A DNA stretch of 63,127 bases, counting the filler, from Choristocarpus tenellus KU-1152 (taxonomy: Eukaryota; Protista; Phaeophyceae), in NCBI GenBank assembly GCA_964200185.2. It is 10 parts of 10 records of this genome, joined end to end, with 100 filler letters (N's around TTAATTAATTAA, not from the genome) between each part and the next. Parts side by side here need not be neighbours in the genome. Positions count along the whole stretch, not along the records: positions 49,206 to 52,361 come from CAXNAD020021903.1; positions 52,462 to 55,662 come from CAXNAD020021584.1; positions 55,763 to 63,127 come from CAXNAD020006262.1; 7 more parts are not named here. One strand, 5' to 3'. This document shows positions 50,580-61,964 of this stretch, in pieces. The translations under genes and the position numbers were made by a program. How positions within the stretch are numbered: position 1 is the stretch's first letter; every line of letters starts with the position of its first letter. The notes below the pieces were generated by a model that worked only from the letters and a program-made list of their open reading frames with translations, was not told the DNA's origin and searched no databases.

Positions 50580-51100
50580 GGATTTGGTCTTGTGTTAGGA
50601 TTGTAAAGGTCCCAGTAGGCATGATAAACACCCAACTATAGTGAGGTAAAGCTCTTCATTGCTTCTGTTTTTGATATCCAGTCTGACAACTACCCACCTT
50701 AGAACTTTCCCTTGTACTACACTGTCATTTGCTAAGGGCTGATAAAGGGTGTTGCTACTGCAGGATCTGTGTGTTGGAATCCTGACAAAAGATACCATGG
50801 TGACTGTGAGGATGGTCAGAAGCCTTGAACTTCTCTAAATGACAGTATGCTCTGGTGTTGTCTACAAAATGCTCCTAAAATCACTTCGTAAGGCAGCCCC
50901 AACACTATCGTAAATGTCACATTTCGCACTTTATCCTCTAAGGGAAACACTATTGGAAGCTTTGCATGACCCCAATACCTGCATTGGTGGAATATTGCAC
51001 CCTCTGGAGTTTGCTGCATGTCAGGTACCTTTGCCTGCTATGTTGAGATGTGGTAAGCCGTTGCCACCCCCCCAAAGAGAAGCGCTGCGCCAAAAACAGA
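50580..51100 (-). mobile_element. Gypsy-like retropepsin-region remnant
   Basis: GHAKLPIVF..VTFTIVLGLPYEVILGAFCRQHQSILSF resembles the C-terminal half of LTR-retrotransposon aspartic proteases (ILG motif). Frameshifted. Confidence 0.5.
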
Positions 51101-51174
51101 GTAGACATAATTCCCCCCTCCTGCACCTGTGTCAAGAAGTACCTGGACTGGCATTCTCGAGTGGACTTTGCGTG

Positions 51175-51850
51175 GATGCTGTTAAAACCTGAATCAAGTG
51201 CATCACACTTCCAAGTGAAATGCTTAGTCTGTGTTGCGAGGAGAAGTCATAGTGCTTCAAAGCACGGCTATATTTGTTCTGTTGTAACTGAGATCATTGA
51301 TCGCTCTGTCAAGAATGATGATGTGAATTCAGTGTTCTTTCTTGAGATACTCAAAGGAAGAAATCCATGCTCTGAGGAGAGCTTGTTACCTTGGCGGACA
51401 AGGGTTTCTGTGGATATTTTAACTCTGAATATATCTGACATCCACGTGTATATCAGATACACGTATTGCAGAGTGAACTTAGTGTATTATTATGAGGGAG
51501 AATGATAACCATGAAAGGAATAGTAATCATCAATTAACGTGCGTGTGTGTGGGGTTTTTTCTGTTAAGAAGAAGAAAGATTTCAAACAAAAAACAAAGTA
51601 CCAGAAGAACACACTTGAATCACTATCTGAGGGAAGTTGGGTAATGCATATTATATAGGTCCGCATGATGTATTTCGACTGATCTTGTGCTTCTATGTAC
51701 TCGTTTTAGCAGGTATTGATGTTGTTGTGATGATGAGTTGGGAATACAAAAATGACAATAACGACCAGTGCAGTTGACCAATCAACAATTAGGGTAAGCT
51801 GGTGGTACTGTATCATATCAAGGAAAAACAAATGAATACCCTATGTTTTC
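51175..51850 (-). mobile_element. Ulp1/C48-like degenerate repeat copy
   Basis: Colinear with 24260-24985. Confidence 0.6.
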
Positions 51851-52268
51851 TCAGGTGACATAGCAGGCAGATATCCATACTTGACTAGTACGATGGACAG
51901 GTGAAATGGCAAATATTGTTGAGTCGTGGAGACTTACTGCCTATAGTTTGGAATAACAGGGATCCCTGGAGCCTCAGACTCCAGGGTGCAGCTTCAAAAC
52001 GACTCTGAAGCGTCCGAATCGGTTGGGCTTCTCGCGAATAGTGGAGGGAGTTTCGAGTCTTCTATGGCTGCTAGATATTGGAGATGTTTATATGTTAAGG
52101 CTACCATTGTACGAGACTCTTCAGTGGATGCAGCACCTGGAGATCCCTTGTGGATTCTCGAAACGTATGAGAAGTATCCCTTGGGAACTACTTAGTCGTT
52201 ATGTCTGTACCTATACCTGCTCTCGCCGCTTACCGTCCCAAAACAGTCTTGACTGTAGGCATGATGAA

Positions 52269-52361
52269 GACTCAAAGTATCTGAGGGGGGGGGGGGGTGG
52301 TTTGTGAGGGGGCGGCCGTTTCAGTCAAACAACTATTTTTTTTGTTGGCATTTCAAATCCG
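52269..52361 (+). mobile_element. MITE family B end, cut by contig break
   Basis: gactcaaagtatctga(g)n tggtttgtgagg. Confidence 0.8.
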
Positions 52362-52461
52362 NNNNNNNNNNNNNNNNNNNNNNNNNNNNNNNNNNNNNNN
52401 NNNNNTTAATTAATTAANNNNNNNNNNNNNNNNNNNNNNNNNNNNNNNNNNNNNNNNNNNN

Positions 52462-52646
52462 TTTGGCTATCGTGTTTGTTAGGAAGTGTCAATATCCTTG
52501 TTCCAGACACACCTTTTCATAACGTATACATTTTATCTGCTCCAAAACATTTTGGAGTAGGAAAATGTCATAAAAAACCCCAAGGGAAGCCAAGTCCCAA
52601 ATGGACAAACAGGGCAAAACTCGTATGTTCTAAGATACTTTCACTC
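52462..52646 (+). mobile_element. MITE family A, left part lost at contig start
   Basis: Family A internal sequence and right TIR ctaagatactttcactc. Confidence 0.9.
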
Positions 52647-53010
52647 TGATGCTGCCCCTTGCTAAAGATCGTTACCAACAACTCTCCTCTACTATGGAGG
52701 ACCTATTAAAGGAGATACTTGAAAGAACTGAAGCAAGACTGGGACGTCTTTTGCAGATGAATATTGATAGAGTCGGCGGGATGTTGATCATTAGTGGACT
52801 GCCTGTATCTATAGCACTCGAATTATCAGAGTTTGTACGCCAGTTATTAGATTTGGAGGGTTCATATGATCAACATCCCGCCGACTCTATCAACATTCAT
52901 CTGCAAAAGACGATCCTGGTCTTGTATCAGTTCATTCAAGTATCTCCTTTAATAGGTCCTCTATAGTAGAGGAGAGTTGCTGATAACAATCTTCAGCAAG
53001 GGTGGCCTCA
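52647..53010. repeat. Long imperfect inverted repeat (arms 52647-52791 and 52866-53010, ~74-nt loop); candidate hairpin RNA
   Basis: The arms are about 90% complementary, e.g. ttgatagagtcggcgggatgttgatcat / atgatcaacatcccgccgactctatcaa and gaggacctattaaaggagatacttgaa / ttcaagtatctcctttaataggtcctc. Confidence 0.9.
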
Positions 53011-53476
53011 CTTCGGCCCCTAACATGGACTGGTGTCTTTCTCCTAGGTGGGGAAGAGATGATAAGCATGGGTAGAAACCTAGGGTTCAACATGTTTTGT
53101 TGAAGCATCCCCCACCTCATTATTGGATAGAAGATATAAATGAAGGAATATTACCAAATGTTCTAGAGCGATTATTCCCAAGTTGAGGGACGGACCATAC
53201 GACCTCAAAACACGATGATTAATGGAGTCAATATTCCTGTCCTACCAAGAGAATACAAGAACAAAAATGGGTTAACCAACTAATGACTCTTGTATTCCAG
53301 CTCTGCATGCATGCTACTATGATAGTGATATCCATTATAGTTGGAGAAGTCTATTCAAACATACAAGCTTCCCCATAATTGTTAACATGATACAGCATCC
53401 CGGTATGTAACACGATGACACGCACAAACGTGCAAATATGGAAAAATATTTTCCAACAAATTTTGCTTGTTCTTAC

Positions 53477-55099
53477 CAGAAATGTCCACATGTCACGATT
53501 TCCTTCATCTGCTGCGTAGTTATAAGCAATGGAGTATAGGTTCTGTGTAAAGAAGGTACCTGTCTTGGTGTGCTCCACACACCCGGCCTGGTAATCTCGG
53601 AAAAGTGGGACATACACTGAAGCAAGGTTGTAGCACAGCATTGCAGTAACAGCAGAGGCCAAGAAGAAAGTTGAAGCAGGATGTGTTAACACTATCAGTA
53701 CTGCAGATTTCATATCAGTAAGGAGATCTCCAGTAGCAGAGCTCACGCGGTCGATACGCATGTCAGCATCTGGCATACATAGCCCTGCTCGACTCCAGAA
53801 CTGCACGATGAGGCGCAGGCTGGAGACACTTCGAAAAAGGAAATCGGCCGCCATGAGCAGGGCACCCAAAAGACTGAAGGACACCAACCACTCGCCATAG
53901 TAAATGCTACTGCTGGAGAAATCAACAAACGAATACTCTACAGACGAGAAGAAGTTTGAAGATTTATAATTCATGCTGAAGTTTGTCTCAAGGGAGTTTG
54001 TAGAAGGAAAGGAAATATTTGCTGCGGCAGGGCCCAGGGAATCAAGCAGGGCTCGCGATCGAATTTTGTAAGCCTCTGCTAGAGCTTCGTGTTCGTCCTG
54101 CTCAGCCTGAAGGAATTCCTGTGACGATATGTAGTCAGCGGCATTGTTGTATGTGGGTGGATTATAGTCGTCTAGGTTAAATGCTACTTTGATATTGGAC
54201 AATCGAGCCTCCGTTGCCAATTGCCAAGCCTCCGCCAGGTTCTGCACCCTAGCTGACGCTATGGAAAAATTGGTAGCAAAAGAAGTATTGTACGCCTTCT
54301 GCACGGACTCCCAAATGTCATCGACTGAGGAAGTGGTTTCCAATCCCACAAGGATGCCATTCTCATGGGGCACATCAACGGTCGGAATTTCAAAGTTTTC
54401 CAGCGGCGTTAAGGTCCAATTGGTGAAACCCTCGAGGCCAGATCCTTCCTTTCTGAGGCGGCTAGCGACTTTCATTGCTGTAATCCAGAACCATTCCATG
54501 TTTGCGTAGGACAGCTGAGCACCTTCAACATAATCCTCAAATGCCGTTTGATACTTCTCAAACCCGTCACGAGCAGCCTCCAGCTGCCTATCAAGAATGG
54601 ATCGGATTTCATCGTACAACTCACGTGCACTTATCATGCCCGGACAGGAATCCCCTCCTTCAAAGGAAATGTCATCTTCTCGGGGCGAGATGCACGCAAC
54701 GAGGGTGTCCACGTCACCGGCTAGCCCGTCAAATGTTTCATTGATGGCAATCAGGAAAGGCAGGGTGATGTTCTTAATCCTCTCCTCAGCAAAGACGTTG
54801 AATATGATGCTTTTGTTTGCAATATACTCAGCATCATACTTCGCACGGGCCTGAGCGTACGATTTGAGCGTCAAAACCCTATCCTGGGTTGCCTCGGTGA
54901 AAGCAAGGACTTCGGCGAGGATGGTCTCCCGCGCAGAGGAGGGATCCCCGATGAAGTCCCGTACAAGTGCCTCGTCTTTGGAGCTGCACCGCCCAGAGTA
55001 TGACACACTGTGACCTACGCCCTGTGCTGTCCACGTCCTTAGGGCCGTCTGTGCGGTTTTAACTGACCCATTGCATGTCTCTGTCCAGTCTTGGACAGT
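53477..55099 (-). CDS. Large internal exon (541 codons) of an unknown multi-pass membrane protein
   Basis: Acceptor ccag|ACT at 55099, donor CTG|GTAAG at 53477, uninterrupted frame. A long helical region with many NxS/T sites and several Cys is followed by hydrophobic segments (WLVSFSLLGALLMAADFLF; AVLIVLTHPASTFFLASAVTAMLCYNLASVYVPLF). Confidence 0.8.
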
Positions 55100-55762
55100 C
55101 TGGCACCAAGATAAGTTTGGATTGAGGGGTAATTTGTTTATGGTAAATTATATTATTTAGAGGTGTAGTATTTATTGTAACTGTAATGTGGTAATTCAAA
55201 ATCACATCAAATATTACGCACCATTGTCATATCGGATTTCCATGCGATACACGATTTATTGGAACACTCAACACTCCAAACCAAATTAATTAGAAAATGT
55301 TTTCTCCATGTCCTTGCTAACCATTTGACTTAAGGTTCACGATGCGTACCACCCGAACCAATGATTTGTGTATCTCGTGTTGCAGTTCCGGACTGTCAAT
55401 TATCCCTCACCTTAATCAACCTGAACCCTCCACGACTACTACCGGATGTCCTATCCAAATCCGCAGGTTCAACAAGACACATAATCAACGATCACAGTAA
55501 TCAAACTTCCAACACCGTGAACTTGTGAACTCAACAAATCATATTCAAACATCGTTCGCACACTAAACTCTAACAATGTACATTATTTATATGTAACTCC
55601 CCACCTATTTACCTTTTCCTGGTCAGGGCCGCACTGGACCCGCAGGGGTAGACTCGTAACACNNNNNNNNNNNNNNNNNNNNNNNNNNNNNNNNNNNNNN
55701 NNNNNNTTAATTAATTAANNNNNNNNNNNNNNNNNNNNNNNNNNNNNNNNNNNNNNNNNNNN

Positions 55763-55789
55763 ACCCCCCCCCCCAAGATACTTTGACCC
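55763..55789 (-). mobile_element. MITE family B end at contig start
   Basis: (c)n aagatactttgaccc. Confidence 0.8.
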
Positions 55790-56149
55790 AACACTCATGT
55801 TCCTAATAATCATGATGGGGATAGTGGGAAGGATGGAAGAGTCATTGCAACAGCCACACTGTTCATGCCATAGAGTTAGTGTGGCCTCGCCACAGGCCAA
55901 ATGAGGATAATATATGGATTCATTTTATGCCCACTCCCAACTATATAGGTGTACTACACAGTATTTCCTCAGTTCAGAATTTATATGACATCAATTTTGC
56001 AGCCCAGAGATCAAGAACCAATATTTATTTCACATGTCATATTTTATGGATGTAATTTACAAACAGTAAAAGCTTGCCCACTAAAATGTCAGGCAAGATG
56101 GGACAGCCTACACCTATCTATGATTCCGTCCCTGAAGCCCTCCAAAACT

Positions 56150-57250
56150 CCATTCCAGTACAGTATTTCGCCACACCACGGGGCATTCGGGGGGAGCTTG
56201 CCCGCCTTCTCAGTCTAAGCTTTCGCGCTAAGATGGGGAATTTTGAAGAAGTCGCCACCCTTGGGCCCCAGCTCCTCACCATAGACTGGGTTCAAACAGG
56301 CTCTGCCAGACACGCTCAGGGCTACATATCGAACTCCTCCATTGTGACCTCCACCAGCTTCTCTGTATTGGTCACCCCACATCTTCCTTCAGTATTTGAA
56401 TGGAGTGGAAGAATCTCAGGTCGTTGATGCTGAGGCCAGGTGAGTTGGCTGCCTGAGTCTCTATGACAATGTTGTTCCCTGCCGCCTTCTCGATTGCCTC
56501 CACGACCCCCCCCTTGGTGTGTGACTTTGCCCTGTCCTACTGCACGAAGATGGAGTTTCCTTCTAGCTTAGGCATGCGGGCCTTGATTACTGGGATGGCA
56601 TCCTCGACCACGAGCTTCATATGTACCCCTCCCGTAGCTAGCACAAGCAACGTGGTGTCGTTGGGGCTGTGTTTGTTCAAGCACTGAGCAACCTTAGTGT
56701 CCACGATTGGCCAAATCACGATTTTCCCATCGAACCACACCCCATTGGAGAGATTCTTAGGGTGGGTCCCAGCTGCAAGGAACATCAGCTTCGCACTGTT
56801 AGCACTTATTCTGTGCCCTGGGGGGTTGGGGGGGTCCTCAGTGGGGTGCAGATACGCACATTGCCCATCTTTGACGATGAAAAACCACTTCTCGTCCACA
56901 TGCACCCAGTCATATATATGTCCATGAATACCCCACTTCTCCTCCTCCTGTGTGTGTGACTGATGATGAGACCCACCCTGTTGGCGTTTTGTTGGTCTGA
57001 GAGGACTGGCTCATCCCACCGTTAGATCTTCTTCACCTTCTCACGTTTGCGCAGATCCTACAAGGAGGCAAGGGAGACCCTAGCTTTGGCCGACCATTTG
57101 TGGAAGGATTGTTACAGGCGCCCCTCAGAACTCACTTCCACAGGATGTACAACGCAAATCCAACGATCTTAACGACGCTGTGGGGGTGTTGCCTTTTACA
57201 ACAGTTTGTAGGGGTGTCAGATAGCCTTCTCTTGATACTCCACTCAGTGC
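56150..57250 (-). pseudogene. Tc1/mariner transposase pseudogene (plant/oomycete-type DD39D-like group)
   Basis: VHVDEKWFF, KLMFLAA, WFDGKIVIWP, IFVQ*DRAKSH (cf. QQDNAKPH) and QAANSPGLSINDLRFF (cf. QPPNSPDLNVLDLGFF). Stops and frameshifts present. Confidence 0.88.
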
Positions 57251-58139
57251 TTAGCTCAAAGCTTGACTCAATGTGTCGTTCAAAAGGTAAGACTGGTAGC
57301 TAAGTGGGTTGACCTTTGGCCAAAACCCCTCTCATTATTTTCATCATCCACCCAATTTCTTTTTGGTCTTCTATGCAACTGCTCTACACGCACTCCAATC
57401 ATAAACCTTTCTTCTGCAACTTCTTAGGGACTTTGACATTTTCTTCTGTAGTGTTACCTATGTATTCCGTATCTTACTCTGAATCTCCTATGAAATCGTC
57501 ATCTATTCTGTAAGGCTACCTATGTGTTACTAATATCGTATATTGTTCGCACTTGTTAGAACGCGAGAAACAATCCTCACATTGTACGTCTGTCACAAAT
57601 GTTCGTGTTTGCTAAAACATGAGAAGAAATACTCGTGCTATTCGCCTGTAACAGGATGTGTGGTATACGGATGGGGCATCCCAAACGTCGAGGATACTTG
57701 TACGGCAGCCACATCTCTGGACCCTTGACATACTTCCGGGCCGAAGGATTGGGACCAACAGATGACGATGGGGTGAGGAAGCCACTCGGACGACAGCCGG
57801 GCTTTGTTTATAAACATCCGCCTTGGCAGTTTCACGAGATTTTTTAATCCTGTCAAATGCGACTTGGTCGACTTCGCACTGGTGATCCTCCACAGTCATG
57901 ACAGCCAACCATCTCAAATACATACATATATACATACATGTGGATGTTGTGCGTCGGATTGTTTTGATCATTGACTCTGTGCACAACACGTGAAATTGTT
58001 CTCATCGTCAGAATACGACTCTTACTACATGTATGTAATGCAGGTACTTTTATACCCTTCCTATCCTGTATATATTTTTTTGTTACAACATTCTCAGCAG
58101 TTACTATTTTCTACACCACATTACCTTTTTCAATCAATA

Positions 58140-58165
58140 GTACCACCACCGCCGCCACCGCCATC

Positions 58166-58196
<31 letters not shown>

Positions 58197-58215
58197 TCGC
58201 TGCTGCTACTACTAT
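58140..58215 (+). repeat. Compound trinucleotide tract (CCA/CCG)n(CTG)n(CTA)n
   Basis: Read directly from the sequence. Confidence 0.85.
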
Positions 58216-58612
58216 AACTACTATAGATACAACTACTTGTAAAAATGATATATTTTTCAACTTCTTCGATAGATATTGTAGCATAACATCCTTCTTCCTT
58301 GCACCGATATACTCTGTCTTGGAAACCTTTAGTAACAAATCAATTTTACAAATCTACTGCTACAGAAGCACGCTTCACCAACACACACTAGCTGCTACGA
58401 ACTACCTCGTCTTACTCTCTCCTTAACCCATACTTCATACAACCTTTCGCAAAAATCACATGCCACCTCAGAGACAGGAAAAGCATGAGGCCACCTGTGT
58501 GGCTATGGCTGATTGAGTTTGTAGAGACTACGGTGCTGAGGCACAACTGAGTTCAATCTTGATACCACCTTATACAAGGAACATACTAGGTGTCCACTGC
58601 TGCTATGCTTCA

Positions 58613-58789
58613 GGCTCAAAGTATCTGGGGGGGTGGCGGCTGTCCAGTTGGGGCCACTTTTGTCCATGTTGCATTTTTTGGGCGATTTGATTGCATACGT
58701 CGGATGGATAATGTAAGTGAACATTTCCTGGTTATGGCCAAAATGGACACCCTGGTGTAGACCCCCCCCCCCTCCAGATACGTCGGGTC
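58613..58789 (+). mobile_element. MITE family B, full-length short element
   Basis: ggctcaaagtatct(g)n tggcggctgtcc ... ggtgtaga(c)n tccagatacgtcgggtc; inverse homolog of 61828-61964. Confidence 0.8.
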
Positions 58790-58880
58790 TTCTAACCTAG
58801 CTTAGCCCTACACAAGTGGGCGAGGAGCGTGGGAAGCACCTCAAGAATCTGACAGGCCCCTTCTTGCCCATCTGTCTGGT

Positions 58881-59138
58881 GAGCCAAAGTATCTTAGAGG
58901 GTACAGCCGCGTCCATTTGGGGACCAAAATCCAATGTTTCAATTTTGATGTAATTTTGACTATCATGTTTGTTAGGATATGTCAATATCCTTGTCTGGAC
59001 AATCCATTTCATAACGTACACATTTTATCTACTCCGAAACATTTTGGAGTAGGTAAAATATCAATAAAAACCCTTGGGAAACTAAGCCCCACATGGACAA
59101 ACAGGACAAAATTCGTACCCTCCAAGATACTTTCACTC
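58881..59138 (+). mobile_element. MITE family A, full-length
   Basis: gagccaaagtatcttagagggta / taccctccaagatactttcactc; perfect 4-bp flanking duplication TGGT. Confidence 0.9.
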
Positions 59139-59249
59139 TGGTATCTCTGGCTGAAATGCATTACGCATCTCAAGAGAGCCACTTGTGTAGTGACAGACTA
59201 TATCTGTCGTATGCAGGACCTGGCAGCCTCGTTCCAGGCATAACCTTAC

Positions 59250-60330
59250 CCCTACTACATGTGTAACCAACTCATCTAAAATTTTTCTGCTTGCTTACCG
59301 AGGAGCCCAAAAATTTCTCCCACAAAGGTGTTAAGGTTAAAACTACGAGGGACAAGTAGAGGGAGCACTTTTCGTCCCTCAGCTGCAGCACCGACTACAC
59401 CATTGCTGGTGGATGAGTGGGGCAAATGGGAAGCTGCTTCCACTGTAAACGCAACATCCAGAAGGAGGCCTTTGTCCTCTGCTAGGGAGCAGATTTAGCA
59501 TCCAGCATGGAAGACCACATCCTTGGAGAAATTCCGGTCCACTGTTAACGGGCCACCATCATCCATACTGCAAGGAATGCCCATTTCCTCGCAGAGTTGA
59601 CCTAGACGATTAACCATCGGGTGTGCTGGCGTACCTGTCCCCCTACCCTAGGGCAGGTACAAGCATGTCGAGGGTTGGCATTATGCCTCTCATGCACTCA
59701 GCCACAGGACACCTGTTGGATAGGGCCTCCTCCCTCCCTAGATATCTGCTGGCAGCTAGTCGAGACTCCACGAGAGGGATCTGGTGTGATGATTCCAGGG
59801 TGTGTGTGAAGGCTCATGCATTGGCCCCTTGCCGACACTGGCTCTGGTGGTGGGCCAGGGCGAGCGAAGAACCTTTCCCTCCCTTGTTCTACATCATTCG
59901 GGAGGTTTACCAATACTTCCGGAGAGAGTCAGCCTGATCCTGTGCAGGAGGCGGGCGATCTCATAGTGTGTCCTCCTTGTGATCCTGGCGTCGTAGGCTG
60001 ATAGAGTGTGGACCTCTGTGACAGGGGTAGGGGCTATTGCTCCTTCCCAGGCTACCCAGCCTTGACCAATAATTCCTTCTAAGTCTTTCGGTAGGACTCC
60101 TCATGAGAGGGGTGTGTGGACTGATGATCCCAATGCTCGGACTGTGGGATTCGTACTAATGGCTGTATGAAAATATCTCCATCGGGCCTTTGCCGCCTTG
60201 CTAGGAGGGGGTGAGTGTCCACTAGCGATCCTACAAAAGCTGCATGCTGGGATATTTTATGGAGGATAGATCTAAGCCTCCCAACCTTGTGGGCATCTGT
60301 TCCTGTACTTGTTCGTGTGGCGAATAGACC
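59250..60330 (-). mobile_element. CRE-like non-LTR retrotransposon 3' remnant (zinc knuckle + restriction-like endonuclease)
   Basis: Frameshifted translation gives LAASRYLG, CPVAEC..HACTC (CCHC knuckle), KDVVF..LLLDVAF..GAAAEGRK..FVGEIFGLLGKQAEKFLDEL, in the order typical of RLE-type retrotransposons. Confidence 0.7.
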
Positions 60331-61503
60331 CATTTTCATACACTCCCCATCGAAGAAATCAGTGGCTCCAGCTGAGTCTCACTCCCTTGCTACTACTGTC
60401 CTGGTTATTCAGATACCGCCCTATAATATACCGCACTCTGTCAAGTTCATTGTCGATAGAAAGGAAGCTCTATCATGCCTTTCGCTACCTTTTTTTTTTC
60501 TTTCTCGGTCAGAACACCCCTTCGTTTATCGACTTCTACCACGACGAATTCTCCTTCACGCAGAACTCAGATGACTTCTTCAACTTTCTCTTTCATCAAC
60601 TGACAAGTCCTGATGTCCAGTAACTTAGGCCTATCCAGTCTACTGGCAACTACATGTGCACAGTAGGGTCCCCGTGACTCAGCAGATATGATGGCGGATA
60701 TCTGCATGAACAACCCCTAGGGTTTGAATGTCTTCGATCCCAGATTTATTCCTGCGGAAATCTGTTTTCAATGGTGCTATTCCACATGAAAAGTTCAACA
60801 GAATGTACACCTGTTGTAAAAAATAAATAATAAATAATAATAATATGTTGTTGGGTGCTAAACGACAAAAATAACGGACCAAGATGAGGGTCAAAACCTC
60901 GGGGCAGGTCCAGTAGAAGATTGAAGCAAGAAGATGGAGCGAAGTACGGTGTGAGTTGCTGAACCCAACGCACCAGAAGCAAGGCAAGAAAGGAGGTAGT
61001 ACAATTAGTCGTAGTACAACGGAAGTATTAATAGTGTATGCAGTGCGTGGTGCTTCTGATCACGTGTTGGGATCACCCCCACCAATAAGCACAGAAAACA
61101 ATGGTATGATAGAAATGATGAATAGCACTTACTAGGAAGTTACATGTATGACTACTGGTTTGTTGCAAAAATCCTCACACAATAAGAGGTTGTGCCCAAA
61201 CAAAGATACACCTGATGTATCTACAAATGTTAACAACATGGCACCATATATTTGTGGCAGGTGCCTCACACTCGAATTCAGGTTTCCACAATTTCCTCTA
61301 TCTCCACAGAGGGCACTGTCAAGAGGGTGGTGTACGAGGAACCAAGCTCTAGAGTAATGTTTCCGGAAGCCTACTTGGAGAGCGAGGGCATGGGAACAAA
61401 TAACTGCGACAAACTGTAAAAAAGTCAAATTGCATGAATGGGTGGTTCTGGTAAATTGCTCTGTGTAGAGGCTTGAAGTCTTAAAGTCAAAAAGTGAAGA
61501 GGA

Positions 61504-61755
61504 GAGTGAAAGTATCTTAGAGGGTACGAGTTTTGCCCTGTTTCTCCATTTGGGGCTTGGCTTCCCACGGGTTGTTTTTTTTGGCATTTTCCTACTCCAA
61601 AGTTTAGGGGTAGGTATAATGTATACACTATGAAAAGGTGTGTCCGAAACATGGATATTGGCACTTCCTAAAAACATGATAGCCAATAATTACATCAAAA
61701 TCGCAAATTCGGTCCCCAAACGGATACGGTTCTAGCCTCTAAGATACTTTGGCTC
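61504..61755 (-). mobile_element. MITE family A, full-length
   Basis: gagtgaaagtatcttagagggta / cctctaagatactttggctc; flanks AGGA / AGGT. Confidence 0.9.
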
Positions 61756-61827
61756 AGGTGACCTAGTTCACTGACGTACTGGTGGAATTCCATGTGATGT
61801 TTTCGGTCTTGATTGACCTCCACCTGA

Positions 61828-61964
61828 GACCCAAAGTATCTGGGGGGGGAGGTGGGGATCTACACCAGAGTGTCCATTTTTTGGACCAAATCACCAAAAA
61901 ATTGAGACATGAAAAGATTGACCCCAAATGGACAGCCGCCACCCCCTCTCAGATACTTTGAGCC
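61828..61964 (-). mobile_element. MITE family B, full-length short element (137 bp)
   Basis: gacccaaagtatct(g)n / ccccctctcagatactttgagcc; flanks TGA / TGA. Confidence 0.85.

Noticed and set aside
51860-52260. Possible tyrosine-recombinase or retroelement fragment
   Set aside because: No convincing catalytic motif in the frames examined.
52647-53010. Using G:U bias to assign the transcribed strand of the hairpin
   Set aside because: Wobble-compatible changes split about evenly (5 minus, 4 plus), so they are uninformative.
52649-53120. Two ORFs on opposite strands encoding nearly the same peptide (YQQLSSTMEDLLKEILE)
   Set aside because: A by-product of the inverted repeat; no independent evidence of coding.
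9368-55762. Regularly recurring TTAATTAATTAA palindrome between N runs, superficially like a repeat array
   Set aside because: It is an artificial six-frame-stop linker used to concatenate contigs, not biological sequence.
31345-61686. Several small ORFs sharing peptides such as GKPSPKW/NRAKLVPSKIL or GQNSYPLRYFHS
   Set aside because: Incidental translations of MITE family A.
22991-61755. Recurring repeats read as a CRISPR array
   Set aside because: They are dispersed, inverted-terminal elements with homologous interiors in a eukaryotic context; there is no repeat-spacer array and no cas gene.
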